Shown here: one piece after another, positions 49,533 through 59,106 of the stretch
Layout of the letters: the number at the start of each line of letters is the position of its first letter
Numbering within the stretch: the stretch's first letter is position 1
Assembly (NCBI GenBank): GCA_965205485.1
Contig: OZ242180.1
Coordinates: forward strand, 1,120,001 to 1,184,000
Length of the DNA: 64,000 nucleotides
Direction of reading: 5' to 3'
DNA from: Candidatus Latescibacterota bacterium
GTDB taxonomy: Bacteria; Latescibacterota; UBA2968; GCA-2709665
Notes under the pieces: generated by a model
Told to the model about the DNA's origin: nothing
Seen by the model: only the letters and a program-made list of their open reading frames with translations
The model's database searches: none
Made by a program: the position numbers and the translations under genes

Positions 49533-49557
49533 GGGCAACCGCAAGGGTTGCCCCTAC
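49533..49557 (-). repeat. GTAG-type REP-like palindrome (second variant)
   Basis: GGGCAACCGCAAGGGTTGCCCCTAC. Confidence 0.8.
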
Positions 49558-49588
49558 AGATGAGAATGCAGCGTGTCCGGTGGTTGCG

Positions 49589-49762
49589 TGGGGGGTTTTT
49601 CCGTGCTGATCCGTCCAGCACAATTGCACTGTTGCCGGTGATAGGTTCGTAGGCAACCAAAGTCACGTTTTCGCCTCTGAGGGGGTTCACGGAAAACCGG
49701 CCCCCCGCCGAGGGGCGCCCTTCTTTTTCGCCCTTTTTCTTGGGCGATTCAAGAAAAAGGGC
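49589..49762. repeat. Structured repeat module B, copy 2
   Basis: Same orientation as 27928-28101. Confidence 0.9.
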
Positions 49763-49846
49763 AAGGGAATAGGGGACGTTTGGGGGGAGGAGCAGAAGCA
49801 GGATTTGACCCATTATGACATTTCACACGGAAGGACGAAGGCGTTA

Positions 49847-52800
49847 ATGCAAGCAACCACCAAAACCGGGCTGTACCGGCCCGAATTCGAACACGATGCA
49901 TGCGGCGTGGGTTTTGTTGCGGATATCGGGGGATAGCTTTCAGGCCGTTGCATTTTCTCGACTTAGAGAAGGATCCGCTTTTGTTGCGGATATCGGGGGC
50001 AACCGAAACAGTGAAATCATGCGCCAGGCGGTGCTCGGGCTGGCCAATCTGACCCATCGGGGCGCGATGGACGCGGATGCCAAGACCGGCGACGGCGCCG
50101 GTGTGCTCACCCAGATTCCCGGCCGGTTGATCGTAAGGGAGGCTGAACGGCTGGGATATCGTGCGCCCCGCGCCGAAGACCTGGCCATCGGCATGCTGTT
50201 CCTGTCTCAGGACGCGGTGACCAACGACCGGTACCGTATTATCGTCGACGAAGCGACCGATCACTACGGGCTGACACTGATTGGTTGGCGGACGGTTCCG
50301 GTTGACCGCACGGTTCTCGGAGACCGGGCCGCGGAGTTGATGCCCGATATTCAACAGGTGCTTCTGGCCAGGGGACAGCGGATGTCCGATGCGGAATTCG
50401 AGCGGGCGCTGTACCTGGTTCGACGGCAGGTGGAAAGATCCGTGCGCAGGCACGGTATAGAGGGCTGCTATATCTGCTCGCTGTCCAACCGAACCATCGT
50501 CTACAAGGGGATGATGGTGGCGCCGCAGCTTGCGAGGTTTTACCGGGACCTGCAGAATCCCGATTTCGAAACCGCGCTGGCGGTCTTTCACCAGCGCTAC
50601 AGCACCAACACGCTGCCCGACTGGTTCCTGGCGCAGCCGTTTCGATATCTCGCGCACAACGGTGAAATCAACACCCTTCGGGGCAACGTGAACTGGATGC
50701 GCGCGCGCGAGGCGGAACTCAAATCCAGAGGCTGGGGGCGGTATCTGGACCGGATCAAACCCATCGTCGACGCGACCCGGAGCGATTCGGCGATGCTCGA
50801 CAACGTATTTGAGGCGCTGGTGGTGGCAGGCCGGAATCCGATGCACGCGATGATGATGCTGATCCCGGAGGCGTATCGGGAGATTCCCGACATGCCGGAG
50901 AACCTGCGCGGCTTTTATGAATACAACAATTGCCTGATGGAGCCCTGGGACGGGCCCGCCGCGGTCGCGTTCAGCGACGGCACGGTCGTAGGCGCAACGT
51001 TGGACCGAAACGGGTTGCGGCCGGCGCGCTACAAGATAACGGATAACGGGCTGATCGTCATGGGCTCTGAAGTCGGAATGCTGGAGATTGACGACCGCCA
51101 CGTCGTGGAGAAAGGGCGCCTGGGGCCGGGGCAGATGATCGCGGTGGACACGCACAGGGGCGTATTGCTGAAAAACGATGAGATTAAATCCCATTTTGCT
51201 GCCCGCCGGCCCTACCGGCGATGGGTGAGGGACAACCTGGCCTGTTTCGAGCAATCGGACACCCGTAATGAACCGAATCCCGTTGGAGAAAGGACGGACC
51301 TGGCGCGGCGGCGGGTGGCATTCGGATACACCGCCGATGAAATCGAGTATGTGCTGGTGCCCATGGCGAACGACGGCAAAGAGCCGGTAGGATCCATGGG
51401 CGACGATACGCCTCTCGCTATGTTGTCCGATCGGCCCCAGATCCTATACAATTTCTTTACGCAGCGATTCGCGCAGGTCACGAATCCGCCAATCGATCCC
51501 CTGCGGGAAGAACTCGTGATGTCGCTGGACGTCCTTCTGGGGCGTCGACGGAATATCTTCAGAGAGAAGGCGGGGAACGCACGGCTGATCCGCATCCCTT
51601 CTCCTGTATTGCTGGATTCAGAATTCCGCCGGCTTTTCAGTTCCGGGTTGCCGGGGTTGAAAACCGAAAAACTGTCCGCGCTGTTCGTAGCTTCCGAAGG
51701 AGTCGACGGCCTTCGAATTGCTTTGGACAGAATGTGCGACCGGGCGATACGCGCGGTCGAGTCCGGCAAGACCCTGTTGATTCTGAGCGATCGCGGGGTG
51801 GATTCGAAACACGCGCCCATCCCCATGCTGCTGGCTGTGGGCGCCGTTCATCATCACCTCATCCGGAACGGTAAGCGAATGCAGGCGAGCCTGATCGTGG
51901 AGTCGGGCGAGCCCAGGGAAGTGCACCACATCGCCTCGCTGATCGGATATGGCGCCAGCGCGGTGAATCCGTATCTGATTTACGAGAACCTTTACGAGCT
52001 TGTCCTGACCGGCGCGCTGGAAGGTGAAATCACCTACGCGAAAGCGCTGGACAACTACAGGAACGCGTTGGAGGCGGGTATCCTCAAGGTAATCTGCAAA
52101 ATGGGGATATCCACACTCAGCAGCTATTGCGGTGCGCAGATTTTCGACGCCGTCGGCCTGCATCCGGACGTGGTAGACCGGTATTTCCCGGGTACCGTAT
52201 CACAGGTTGGCGGAATCGGACTCGCGGAAATTGCCGACGACGCGGCCGAAAGGCACCAACTGGCGTTCCAGCCTGAGGCGTCACCCGCGATGAAGGACGC
52301 GGGCATCTATCGGTTCCGGAGGGATGGTGAGTACCATGCGTTCAATCCTCCCGTTTTCAAGGCGATCCACAGCGTGGCGAAGACCGGAGATTTTCAGGAC
52401 TTTACGGCTTACTCCAGGCTGGTGGAGCGGCGGCCGGCCGCGACGCTCCGGGACCTGATGACCTTTCGTGAAGCTCACGCCGTCCCGATTGAGGACGTGG
52501 AGCCGGCCGAGGCCATCTGCAGGCGCTTCGTGTCCTCGGCGATGTCGCACGGGGCGCTATCGCGCGAGGCGCACGAAACACTGGCCATCGCGTTGAACCG
52601 GATTGGCGCGAAGAGTAACAGCGGAGAGGGCGGCGAAGATCCGGCCCGGTATCGACGGCTGCCCAGCGGAGACTGGCCCAACAGCGCCATCAAGCAGGTG
52701 GCCTCCGGCAGATTCGGCGTGACACCCGAGTACCTGGCGTCGGCCAAGGAACTGGAAATCAAGATGGCGCAAGGATCCAAGCCGGGCGAAGGGGGGCAGC

Positions 52801-54524
52801 TTCCAGGACACAAGGTCTCAGCGGAAATCGCGATGATCCGCCATTCCGTTCCCGGGGTTACGCTGATTTCGCCGCCGCCTCATCACGACATATACAGTAT
52901 CGAAGACATCGCACAGCTGATCTACGACCTGAAACGGGTGAATCCCAGGGCAAAAGTGTGTGTCAAGCTGGTGTCCGTCGCGGGCATCGGCACCATCGCG
53001 GCGGGCGTGGTCAAAGGGTTCGCGGACGTGGTCCATATCAGCGGGCACGACGGCGGCACCGGCGCTTCCCCCTTAGGCGCCATCAAGCATTCGGGCGGGC
53101 CCTGGGAACTGGGCCTGGCGGAGGTGCAGCAGACACTGGTGATGAACGACCTGCGCGGGCGGGTTGTGCTTCGCGTGGACGGGGGTCTGAAGACGGCCAG
53201 AGACGTGGTCGTCGCGGCTGCTCTGGGTGCCGAAGAGTACGGATTCGGCACGGCGGCGCTTGTCGCCATGGGTTGCGTGATGGCCCGCCAGTGCCACCTG
53301 AATACCTGTCCCGTCGGCGTGGCCACGCAGAAGCCCGAATTGCGGGGGAAATTCAATGGCACCCCCGAAAACGTCATTCGCTATTTTACCAATCTTGCCG
53401 GTGAGGTCCGGGAGGTCATCGCGGGCCTGGGGTATCGGTCTCTGGAGAGCCTGATCGGCCGCACGGAGATTCTGGAAGCCAGCGTCGACCCGGGCAAACA
53501 ACGGTGGCGGGGAATCGACCTGAGCGAACTGCTGGCCGATCCGGACCCGGCAGGCACCCGGCCCCGGCTGCATACCCGCGAGCGCAACGACCGGCCCGAT
53601 GCATCAATTGACGACCTGCTGCTTCAGGACGCAATGGATGCGATCAAGGAAAACAATTCGATTACGCTGAGTTACGATATCCAGAATACGCGGCGGGCGG
53701 TTGGGGCCAAGCTGGCAGGGGAGATCGCGTTTCACTACGGAGACGGCGGCCTCGACAGTACCATCGAGTGCCGGTTTCGAGGCAGCGCGGGACAGAGCTT
53801 CGGCGCGTTCTGCGTGCGAGGGTTGCGCCTGGTCCTGACCGGTGAGGCCAACGACTACGTCGGCAAGGGCATGCACGGCGGCGAACTCATCGTGCGGCCG
53901 CCGGGTAACGCCGCATTCCCGAGCCACAGAAACGCCATCGTCGGCAATACGGTCATGTACGGCGCCACAGGGGGCGTGCTCTACGCGGCGGGCGTTGCGG
54001 GCGAGAGATTCTGCGTGCGTAACAGCGGAGGGCGTGCCGTCGTGGAGGGCGTGGGAGACCACGGGTGTGAATACATGACCGACGGGGTGGTGATCGTGCT
54101 TGGAAGTACGGGGCGAAACTTCGGTGCAGGGATGACGGGCGGCGTCGCGTACGTGCTGGACGAAGAGGGATCGTTCGAGAACCGATACAACCCGCAGCTT
54201 GTCAGCATCCATCGTGTGCACCACCACGACGACATCGGACTGCTGAAAAAGACGATCGGTCGACATCTCGAAAATACCAACAGCCGCCGCGCGAGCGCAA
54301 TTATCGCCCGATGGGAAGAATTCCGGCCCATGTTCTGGAAGGTGACCCCCCAGGCGCCCGACCTGGGCGACGAACTGGTCATCCCGGACCGTTACCGGGA
54401 AACACACCGGGAAACCCGCCAGCAGAAAGCGCAGGACCAACGGGAAACGCGCCCGGTGGGGAATGCCGGCGGCGAGGCCGTTGCCCCGCGCACCCGCGAA
54501 TCCGGCGGCGCCAGCGGGGAATAG
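49847..54524 (+). CDS. gltB: Glutamate synthase large subunit, interrupted by a 67-bp insert after codon 29
   Basis: Frame 1 (49847-49936) reads MQATTKTGLYRPEFEHDACGVGFVADIGG*; the remainder (THRGA, HQRYSTNT, EPWDGPA, QVASGRFGV, KMAQGSKPGEGG, CHLNTCPVG) is in another frame through 54524. Confidence 0.93.
49912..49999 (+). repeat. 21-bp perfect direct repeat flanking 46 unique bp inside gltB
   Basis: TTTTGTTGCGGATATCGGGGG at 49912-49932 and 49979-49999. Confidence 0.97.
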
Positions 54525-54587
54525 CATTCTAGCCCGGAAAACCTCGGGGGTTTTTCGCGCCGGCTAATTCGAAGAGGTAGGGAACTT

Positions 54588-55343
54588 ATGGTTGAAATGA
54601 CAGGAAAGGTTGCATTGATAACCGGCTCTTCCAGGGGCATCGGGCGTGGCTGCGCCGTAGAGATGGCCCGCGCCGGCGCCAATATCGCGGTAAATTACCA
54701 TTCGCATCCTGAAGACGCGGAGACCGTCGCGAACGAGGTCCGCGCGGAGGGTCGTGAGGCGCTGGTCATGCAGGCCGATGTTTCAGACCGGGCGGCCGTG
54801 GACCGGATGGTCGAAGCAACCGTAGACCGGTTCGGAAGGCTCGACGTCGTCGTAGCGAATGCCTATTACAGCAAGCGCGAGCCTTTCCTGGAACTCTCGA
54901 TACAGGCTGTGCGGCGGACGTGGGAGGTCTGTATGTGGGGCAGCTTCCACACCGCACAGGCCGGCGCCCGGCAGATGGTGGACCAGAGCGGCGGCGGAAG
55001 CATCCTGTTCATCAGTTCCGTGCTGGCGCACGTACCGATGCCAACCTCCATGCCGTACAATTCTGCAAAAGCGGGCATCAACCAGATGTGCCGTACCATC
55101 GCGGCCGAGCTTGCGCCTCATCGTATCCGCGCGAACGTGATCGAACCCGGTTATACGGACACGCCCGGCGAACGGCAATTCGCCACGGACGAACAGATTA
55201 CGGAAGCGGCCAGGGGCATGCCATGGGGCAGGCTGGCCACGATTGAGGACCTGGGAAAAGCAGCCACGTTTCTGTGTTCCGACGCGGCGGACTATATTAC
55301 GGGGACGATTCTGAAAGTGGACGGCGGGTTATGCCTTAAATAG
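54588..55343 (+). CDS. Short-chain dehydrogenase/reductase
   Basis: TGSSRGIG, YNSAK (YxxxK), VDGG. Confidence 0.92.
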   Translation: MVEMTGKVALITGSSRGIGRGCAVEMARAGANIAVNYHSHPEDAETVANEVRAEGREALVMQADVSDRAAVDRMVEATVDRFGRLDVVVANAYYSKREPFLELSIQAVRRTWEVCMWGSFHTAQAGARQMVDQSGGGSILFISSVLAHVPMPTSMPYNSAKAGINQMCRTIAAELAPHRIRANVIEPGYTDTPGERQFATDEQITEAARGMPWGRLATIEDLGKAATFLCSDAADYITGTILKVDGGLCLK

Positions 55344-55428
55344 GCGTCCGGTTTCCGTCTGGCCGCGGGCCGGCAATCCAAACGGCGCTGCCGCTCGCCG
55401 CCGCATTCCGGATTTTCCGAAGTGAGAC

Positions 55429-56562
55429 ATGATGCGAGTCGTTCGATTCACCATCTTTCTGTGCGCGTGCCTTTGGGGTGTTTCAGTTCCGGCCGCCGAC
55501 GTGGTCGTGGAGATGCACCAGGAGGAAGAGGTGACGGAGTTGAGGTACCGGGTCGGCGTGATAGACGCGGTGTCAGAGTCAGTCGACTGGGGTGAGGTGG
55601 GAGCGCACGACGACGGCCGGTTTCCGTCCGTTGCCGTGGACGGCGGAATTGTCGTGGAGGTACACCAGTCCCACCAGGGAACGAACCTGTGGTACAAAGT
55701 CGGCAAGGTCGACGCGGCGACAAAGACGGTCCGGTGGGGCGCGGGGAGAAAATTCGACGGTGGCCAGTACCCGATGGTGGCGCTGGACGGCCGTGCGGTG
55801 GTGGAAGTACACCAGTCGCATGCCGGCACGAACCTGTGGTATCACGTGGGCATCGTGGATACCGCGGCCGATTCGATTGCCTGGGGCGCTTCGGAGAAGT
55901 TCGATGGAGGGCGGTTCCCGTCGGTGGCGCTGTCTGACGGGGTGGTCGTGGAAGTCCATCAGTCGGAAGAAGGCGAACGTCTATGGTACAATGTGGGTAC
56001 CGTGGATACAACGTCGAAGTCAATTGCGTGGGGTGAAGCGCAGGAATACGACGGCGGCCAGACGCCCTCCGTGGATATGGACGACGGCATGGTCATTGAG
56101 ATGCATGAGTCGATAGGCGGAGGCGACCTCTGGTATCGGGTGGGCGTTCTGGACGCGGAGCGCAGGACTGTCGATTGGGGGGAGGCGAGGAAGTTCGACC
56201 GCGGTATCGCTCCCAACGTGGCGGTGGACAACGGAGTCGTCATGGAGGTGCATGAATCCCACAGCGCTTCGGACCTCTGGTACCACGTCGGATCGGTGGA
56301 TGCGGACGCGAAGTCGGTGTCCTGGGGGACGGGCTGGAACTACGGTGAGGGCATACTCCCCGCCTTGAGCGTCAGCATCCGGCGAGGGCCCGCGGATTTC
56401 GACGGCAGCGGCCAGGTGGACTTTGCCGATTTTCTGTTGTTCGTAAAGGCCTTTGGTTCCGAGGCCGGGGACGTGGATTTCGAAACCCGATTTGACCTGG
56501 ACGGAGACGGCCGCATCGGATTCAACGATTTTATCCGATTCGCCCGGGAATTCGGCACATAG
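55429..56562 (+). CDS. Secreted six-repeat beta-propeller protein with C-terminal twin EF-hand/dockerin-like domain
   Basis: Signal peptide; six ~49-aa repeats VVEVHxS...LWYxVG...WG....DGG..PxV; C-terminal ADFDGSGQVDFADF...DLDGDGRIGFNDF. Confidence 0.85.
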   Translation: MMRVVRFTIFLCACLWGVSVPAADVVVEMHQEEEVTELRYRVGVIDAVSESVDWGEVGAHDDGRFPSVAVDGGIVVEVHQSHQGTNLWYKVGKVDAATKTVRWGAGRKFDGGQYPMVALDGRAVVEVHQSHAGTNLWYHVGIVDTAADSIAWGASEKFDGGRFPSVALSDGVVVEVHQSEEGERLWYNVGTVDTTSKSIAWGEAQEYDGGQTPSVDMDDGMVIEMHESIGGGDLWYRVGVLDAERRTVDWGEARKFDRGIAPNVAVDNGVVMEVHESHSASDLWYHVGSVDADAKSVSWGTGWNYGEGILPALSVSIRRGPADFDGSGQVDFADFLLFVKAFGSEAGDVDFETRFDLDGDGRIGFNDFIRFAREFGT

Positions 56563-56601
56563 GGAAGAAGCGAACACCTGGCGCGTAAGTGAGGCGTCGT
56601 C

Positions 56602-56635
56602 ACCGCCGCGGGGAGGGTTCCGCGGCGGTATCTTT
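56602..56635 (+). terminator. Probable terminator hairpin
   Basis: ACCGCCGCGG-8 nt-CCGCGGCGGT followed by ATCTTT. Confidence 0.55.
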
Positions 56636-56809
56636 ATGCCTGTTCCGTGAGCCGGGCGGAAGGACTTTTGCGGGCTTTTTTGTACACCTTGAAGAGTCTA
56701 TTTCCTATATTTTCTGAGGTACCGGCAGGGCGGTCCGGATCGAATTGGAATCCCCTGCGGATCTTCCGGTTCCCCGGCGTTCCGTAAAGCCGCATCGACC
56801 CAATTTCCT

Positions 56810-57571
56810 ATGAGACGATTCCAGAAAATCATCATCGGGACCCTGATCGGATCCACGGCATACGCGGCCGATCCACCGGCTCACTTTTATACGCCGTCCC
56901 GGGATTCCGTTCTGGTTCTGGAGAAATTCGAGTACCCGGGACAACTCGGGCGGTTTCCCGGGAACTGGGAAGCACGGGTGGGCTGGCGACAGAAGAAGAC
57001 CAGGAAGAAGAAGGACCTGTATTACACGATACAGGAGGAGAACGGCGACCACTTTCTGAGCGCCGAGACCGTGGGCGGGGCGACGAATGCAGGCCGGCCG
57101 GAAAAAATCAACCTTCGTATCTGGAAGATGCTCAGATGGCGTTGGCGGGTGCACAGCCTCCCCGCGCACGGCAATGAATCCCGCAAGAAAACCAACGACA
57201 GTGCTGCGGCGGTGCGCCTGGTGTTCGGTAGCAGATTGCGGCCCAAAACGCTCAAGTACGTGTGGAGCGCGACGCTTCCCGAGGGCACGCAAACGGAAAG
57301 CCCGCACCACGAAAGCACGAAAGTAATCGTCCTGCAATCCGGACGCAGGAATACGGGCAAATGGATGTGGGAAGAGGTCAATGCCTATGAAGACTACAAA
57401 CGTGTTTTCGGTAGCGATCCGAGGCCTGTTCAGGCTGTTGCCGTGCTGACGGATTCGGACAACACAAATTCGCTCGTAAAGGCGGACTACGACGACATCA
57501 CATTCCTGATGGAGCCACCCGATTCATCGAAGGCCGATGCCTTACACGAAGACAGGGGGGAAGAGAAATGA
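56810..57571 (+). CDS. DUF3047-domain secreted protein
   Basis: Signal-like N-terminus; LRWRWRV, DSAAAV, LKYVWS, VLQSG, TDSDNT. Confidence 0.8.
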   Translation: MRRFQKIIIGTLIGSTAYAADPPAHFYTPSRDSVLVLEKFEYPGQLGRFPGNWEARVGWRQKKTRKKKDLYYTIQEENGDHFLSAETVGGATNAGRPEKINLRIWKMLRWRWRVHSLPAHGNESRKKTNDSAAAVRLVFGSRLRPKTLKYVWSATLPEGTQTESPHHESTKVIVLQSGRRNTGKWMWEEVNAYEDYKRVFGSDPRPVQAVAVLTDSDNTNSLVKADYDDITFLMEPPDSSKADALHEDRGEEK

Positions 57572-57726
57572 CAGGAAAAACGGGAACGAGGAGACAGCAT
57601 CTGCGAAGGGCGAGTGTGGGCCGGCCGGCGGGTCCCGGCTGCGGTCCGGCACGAAGTTGCACTGTGAGAGGGACGTATCCACATGGACGGGCGCTGGCGG
57701 ACCGTCCACGCGAACTGGCGGAACAC

Positions 57727-58896
57727 GTGCATTTCCTTCTCAGGTTGGCTCTTGTACGGGCGGCCGGTTTCTGCCTGCTGACGGCATCCGCGGCGACGGC
57801 GCAAAACGTGTCGATTACGGACTACGTGGTGCCGGTCAGCAGGGCGCACAACCTGCGCGTCGACGCGCTCAGCTTCAACTACGTGACGGAAGGTGACGAA
57901 ACCGTGGTTCAAAACGGCAACGTGACCGTCGTCTACAAGAAGTTCTACGAGTCGCTGCCGTATGCCTATTCCGTGGACGCAACCGGCCGGGGTTCGATCA
58001 GAAAGAATATCATTACCAAGGAAAACGAGCGCCACGCCCTGACCAACCTGAAGACGAATCTCAAGAAGTACCACCGGAACGAGGGCAGCCTCTTCTATTC
58101 GTGGGGCACGGACTCAGACCTGGATTCCGGATACGACCGACCGAACGTCGAGATGACGCTGGGCTTCGGACACGGACGGTTCATCGACGCCACCGCGCTT
58201 CGGAAGGCCGGGAGAATCGAGGAATTCTTCCTGGAGGAGGGGATCATCGGCGAGCATTTCTCCAGGGAGACGATGATAGAACTGGCGCATATAATCGACA
58301 GGGAACGGGAATACAAGGAACAGCACGGAGACCGGTACGAAAACTACTGGTTCGAGGACATGCTTGCCGAGATCAGGAGATCCCGCAGGGTCCTGGGCGA
58401 TGAGATCGGATTCGGCCTCGTGCGGATACAGGAAGTGTTGACTCAGGAGCAGATCAGCAAGAGATTCTACGGATGGGACATCACCACCGGTGTGCAGTTT
58501 CAGGTGTTGAATCCCTATGAAGATACGGACCGGCCGCCGCCCGGTCTCCTGATCAACTTTCGATATTCCCACCCGATCAGCTGGAGCACGCAGATCAATA
58601 CCGATTTCCACTACGATACGCCGTTTTCCAGGACCTTCGGGAGCGACTACAACCTGCGCTGGAATACAGATTTCATCTACGAGGTGACGAACAGGATCCG
58701 CTTCACGACACTGAAGACGATCCGTGCAAGGAAGCGCGAGGACAGACAAGCCGAGATTATCTCAGACATCGCGTTTGCGCTCAGCTTCTACATCGAAAAC
58801 AAAATCAACATGACGCTTTCCGAGTCCTTTCGCGTCGCCAGAGGCGAAAAGTCCAGGCAAAGCTTCAATATGGGCTTGAGCTACAGGATTTTTTAG
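57727..58896 (+). CDS. Putative outer-membrane beta-barrel protein
   Basis: Signal peptide from GTG 57727 (ORF open from 57568); alternating strand patterns; C-terminal GLSYRIF beta-signal. Confidence 0.65.
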   Translation: MHFLLRLALVRAAGFCLLTASAATAQNVSITDYVVPVSRAHNLRVDALSFNYVTEGDETVVQNGNVTVVYKKFYESLPYAYSVDATGRGSIRKNIITKENERHALTNLKTNLKKYHRNEGSLFYSWGTDSDLDSGYDRPNVEMTLGFGHGRFIDATALRKAGRIEEFFLEEGIIGEHFSRETMIELAHIIDREREYKEQHGDRYENYWFEDMLAEIRRSRRVLGDEIGFGLVRIQEVLTQEQISKRFYGWDITTGVQFQVLNPYEDTDRPPPGLLINFRYSHPISWSTQINTDFHYDTPFSRTFGSDYNLRWNTDFIYEVTNRIRFTTLKTIRARKREDRQAEIISDIAFALSFYIENKINMTLSESFRVARGEKSRQSFNMGLSYRIF

Positions 58897-59106
58897 TGTC
58901 GGAAAGGATCCGTGCGGAAACAGGGTCGTAACCGCACGTCTACGCGTGTTGCGGATACTTTGCCTCTCACAAAGACACACGCGACCAAAGCCTCGTTCCT
59001 CCCGCCCGTGTAAGCTCCGGGTCCGCGCGTCGGTCGGCGCCGTCTGACCCGCCCGCCTCCAGTTGCCCCTTCCACGAACTTCACAATTTACCCGAACAGA
59101 AGATGC

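Noticed and set aside
49896..49978. Predicted gltB start MHAAWVLL...
   Set aside because: Out-of-frame reading of the true N-terminus plus the insert; it lacks the catalytic CGVG motif
49933..49978. Short matches of the insert elsewhere (TAGCTTTCAG near 27778; CATTTTCTCGAC near 33598)
   Set aside because: 10-12-nt matches are expected by chance in 64 kb
49912..49999. Canonical CRISPR array
   Set aside because: Only two repeats, identical to gltB coding sequence, not palindromic, and no cas genes in the window
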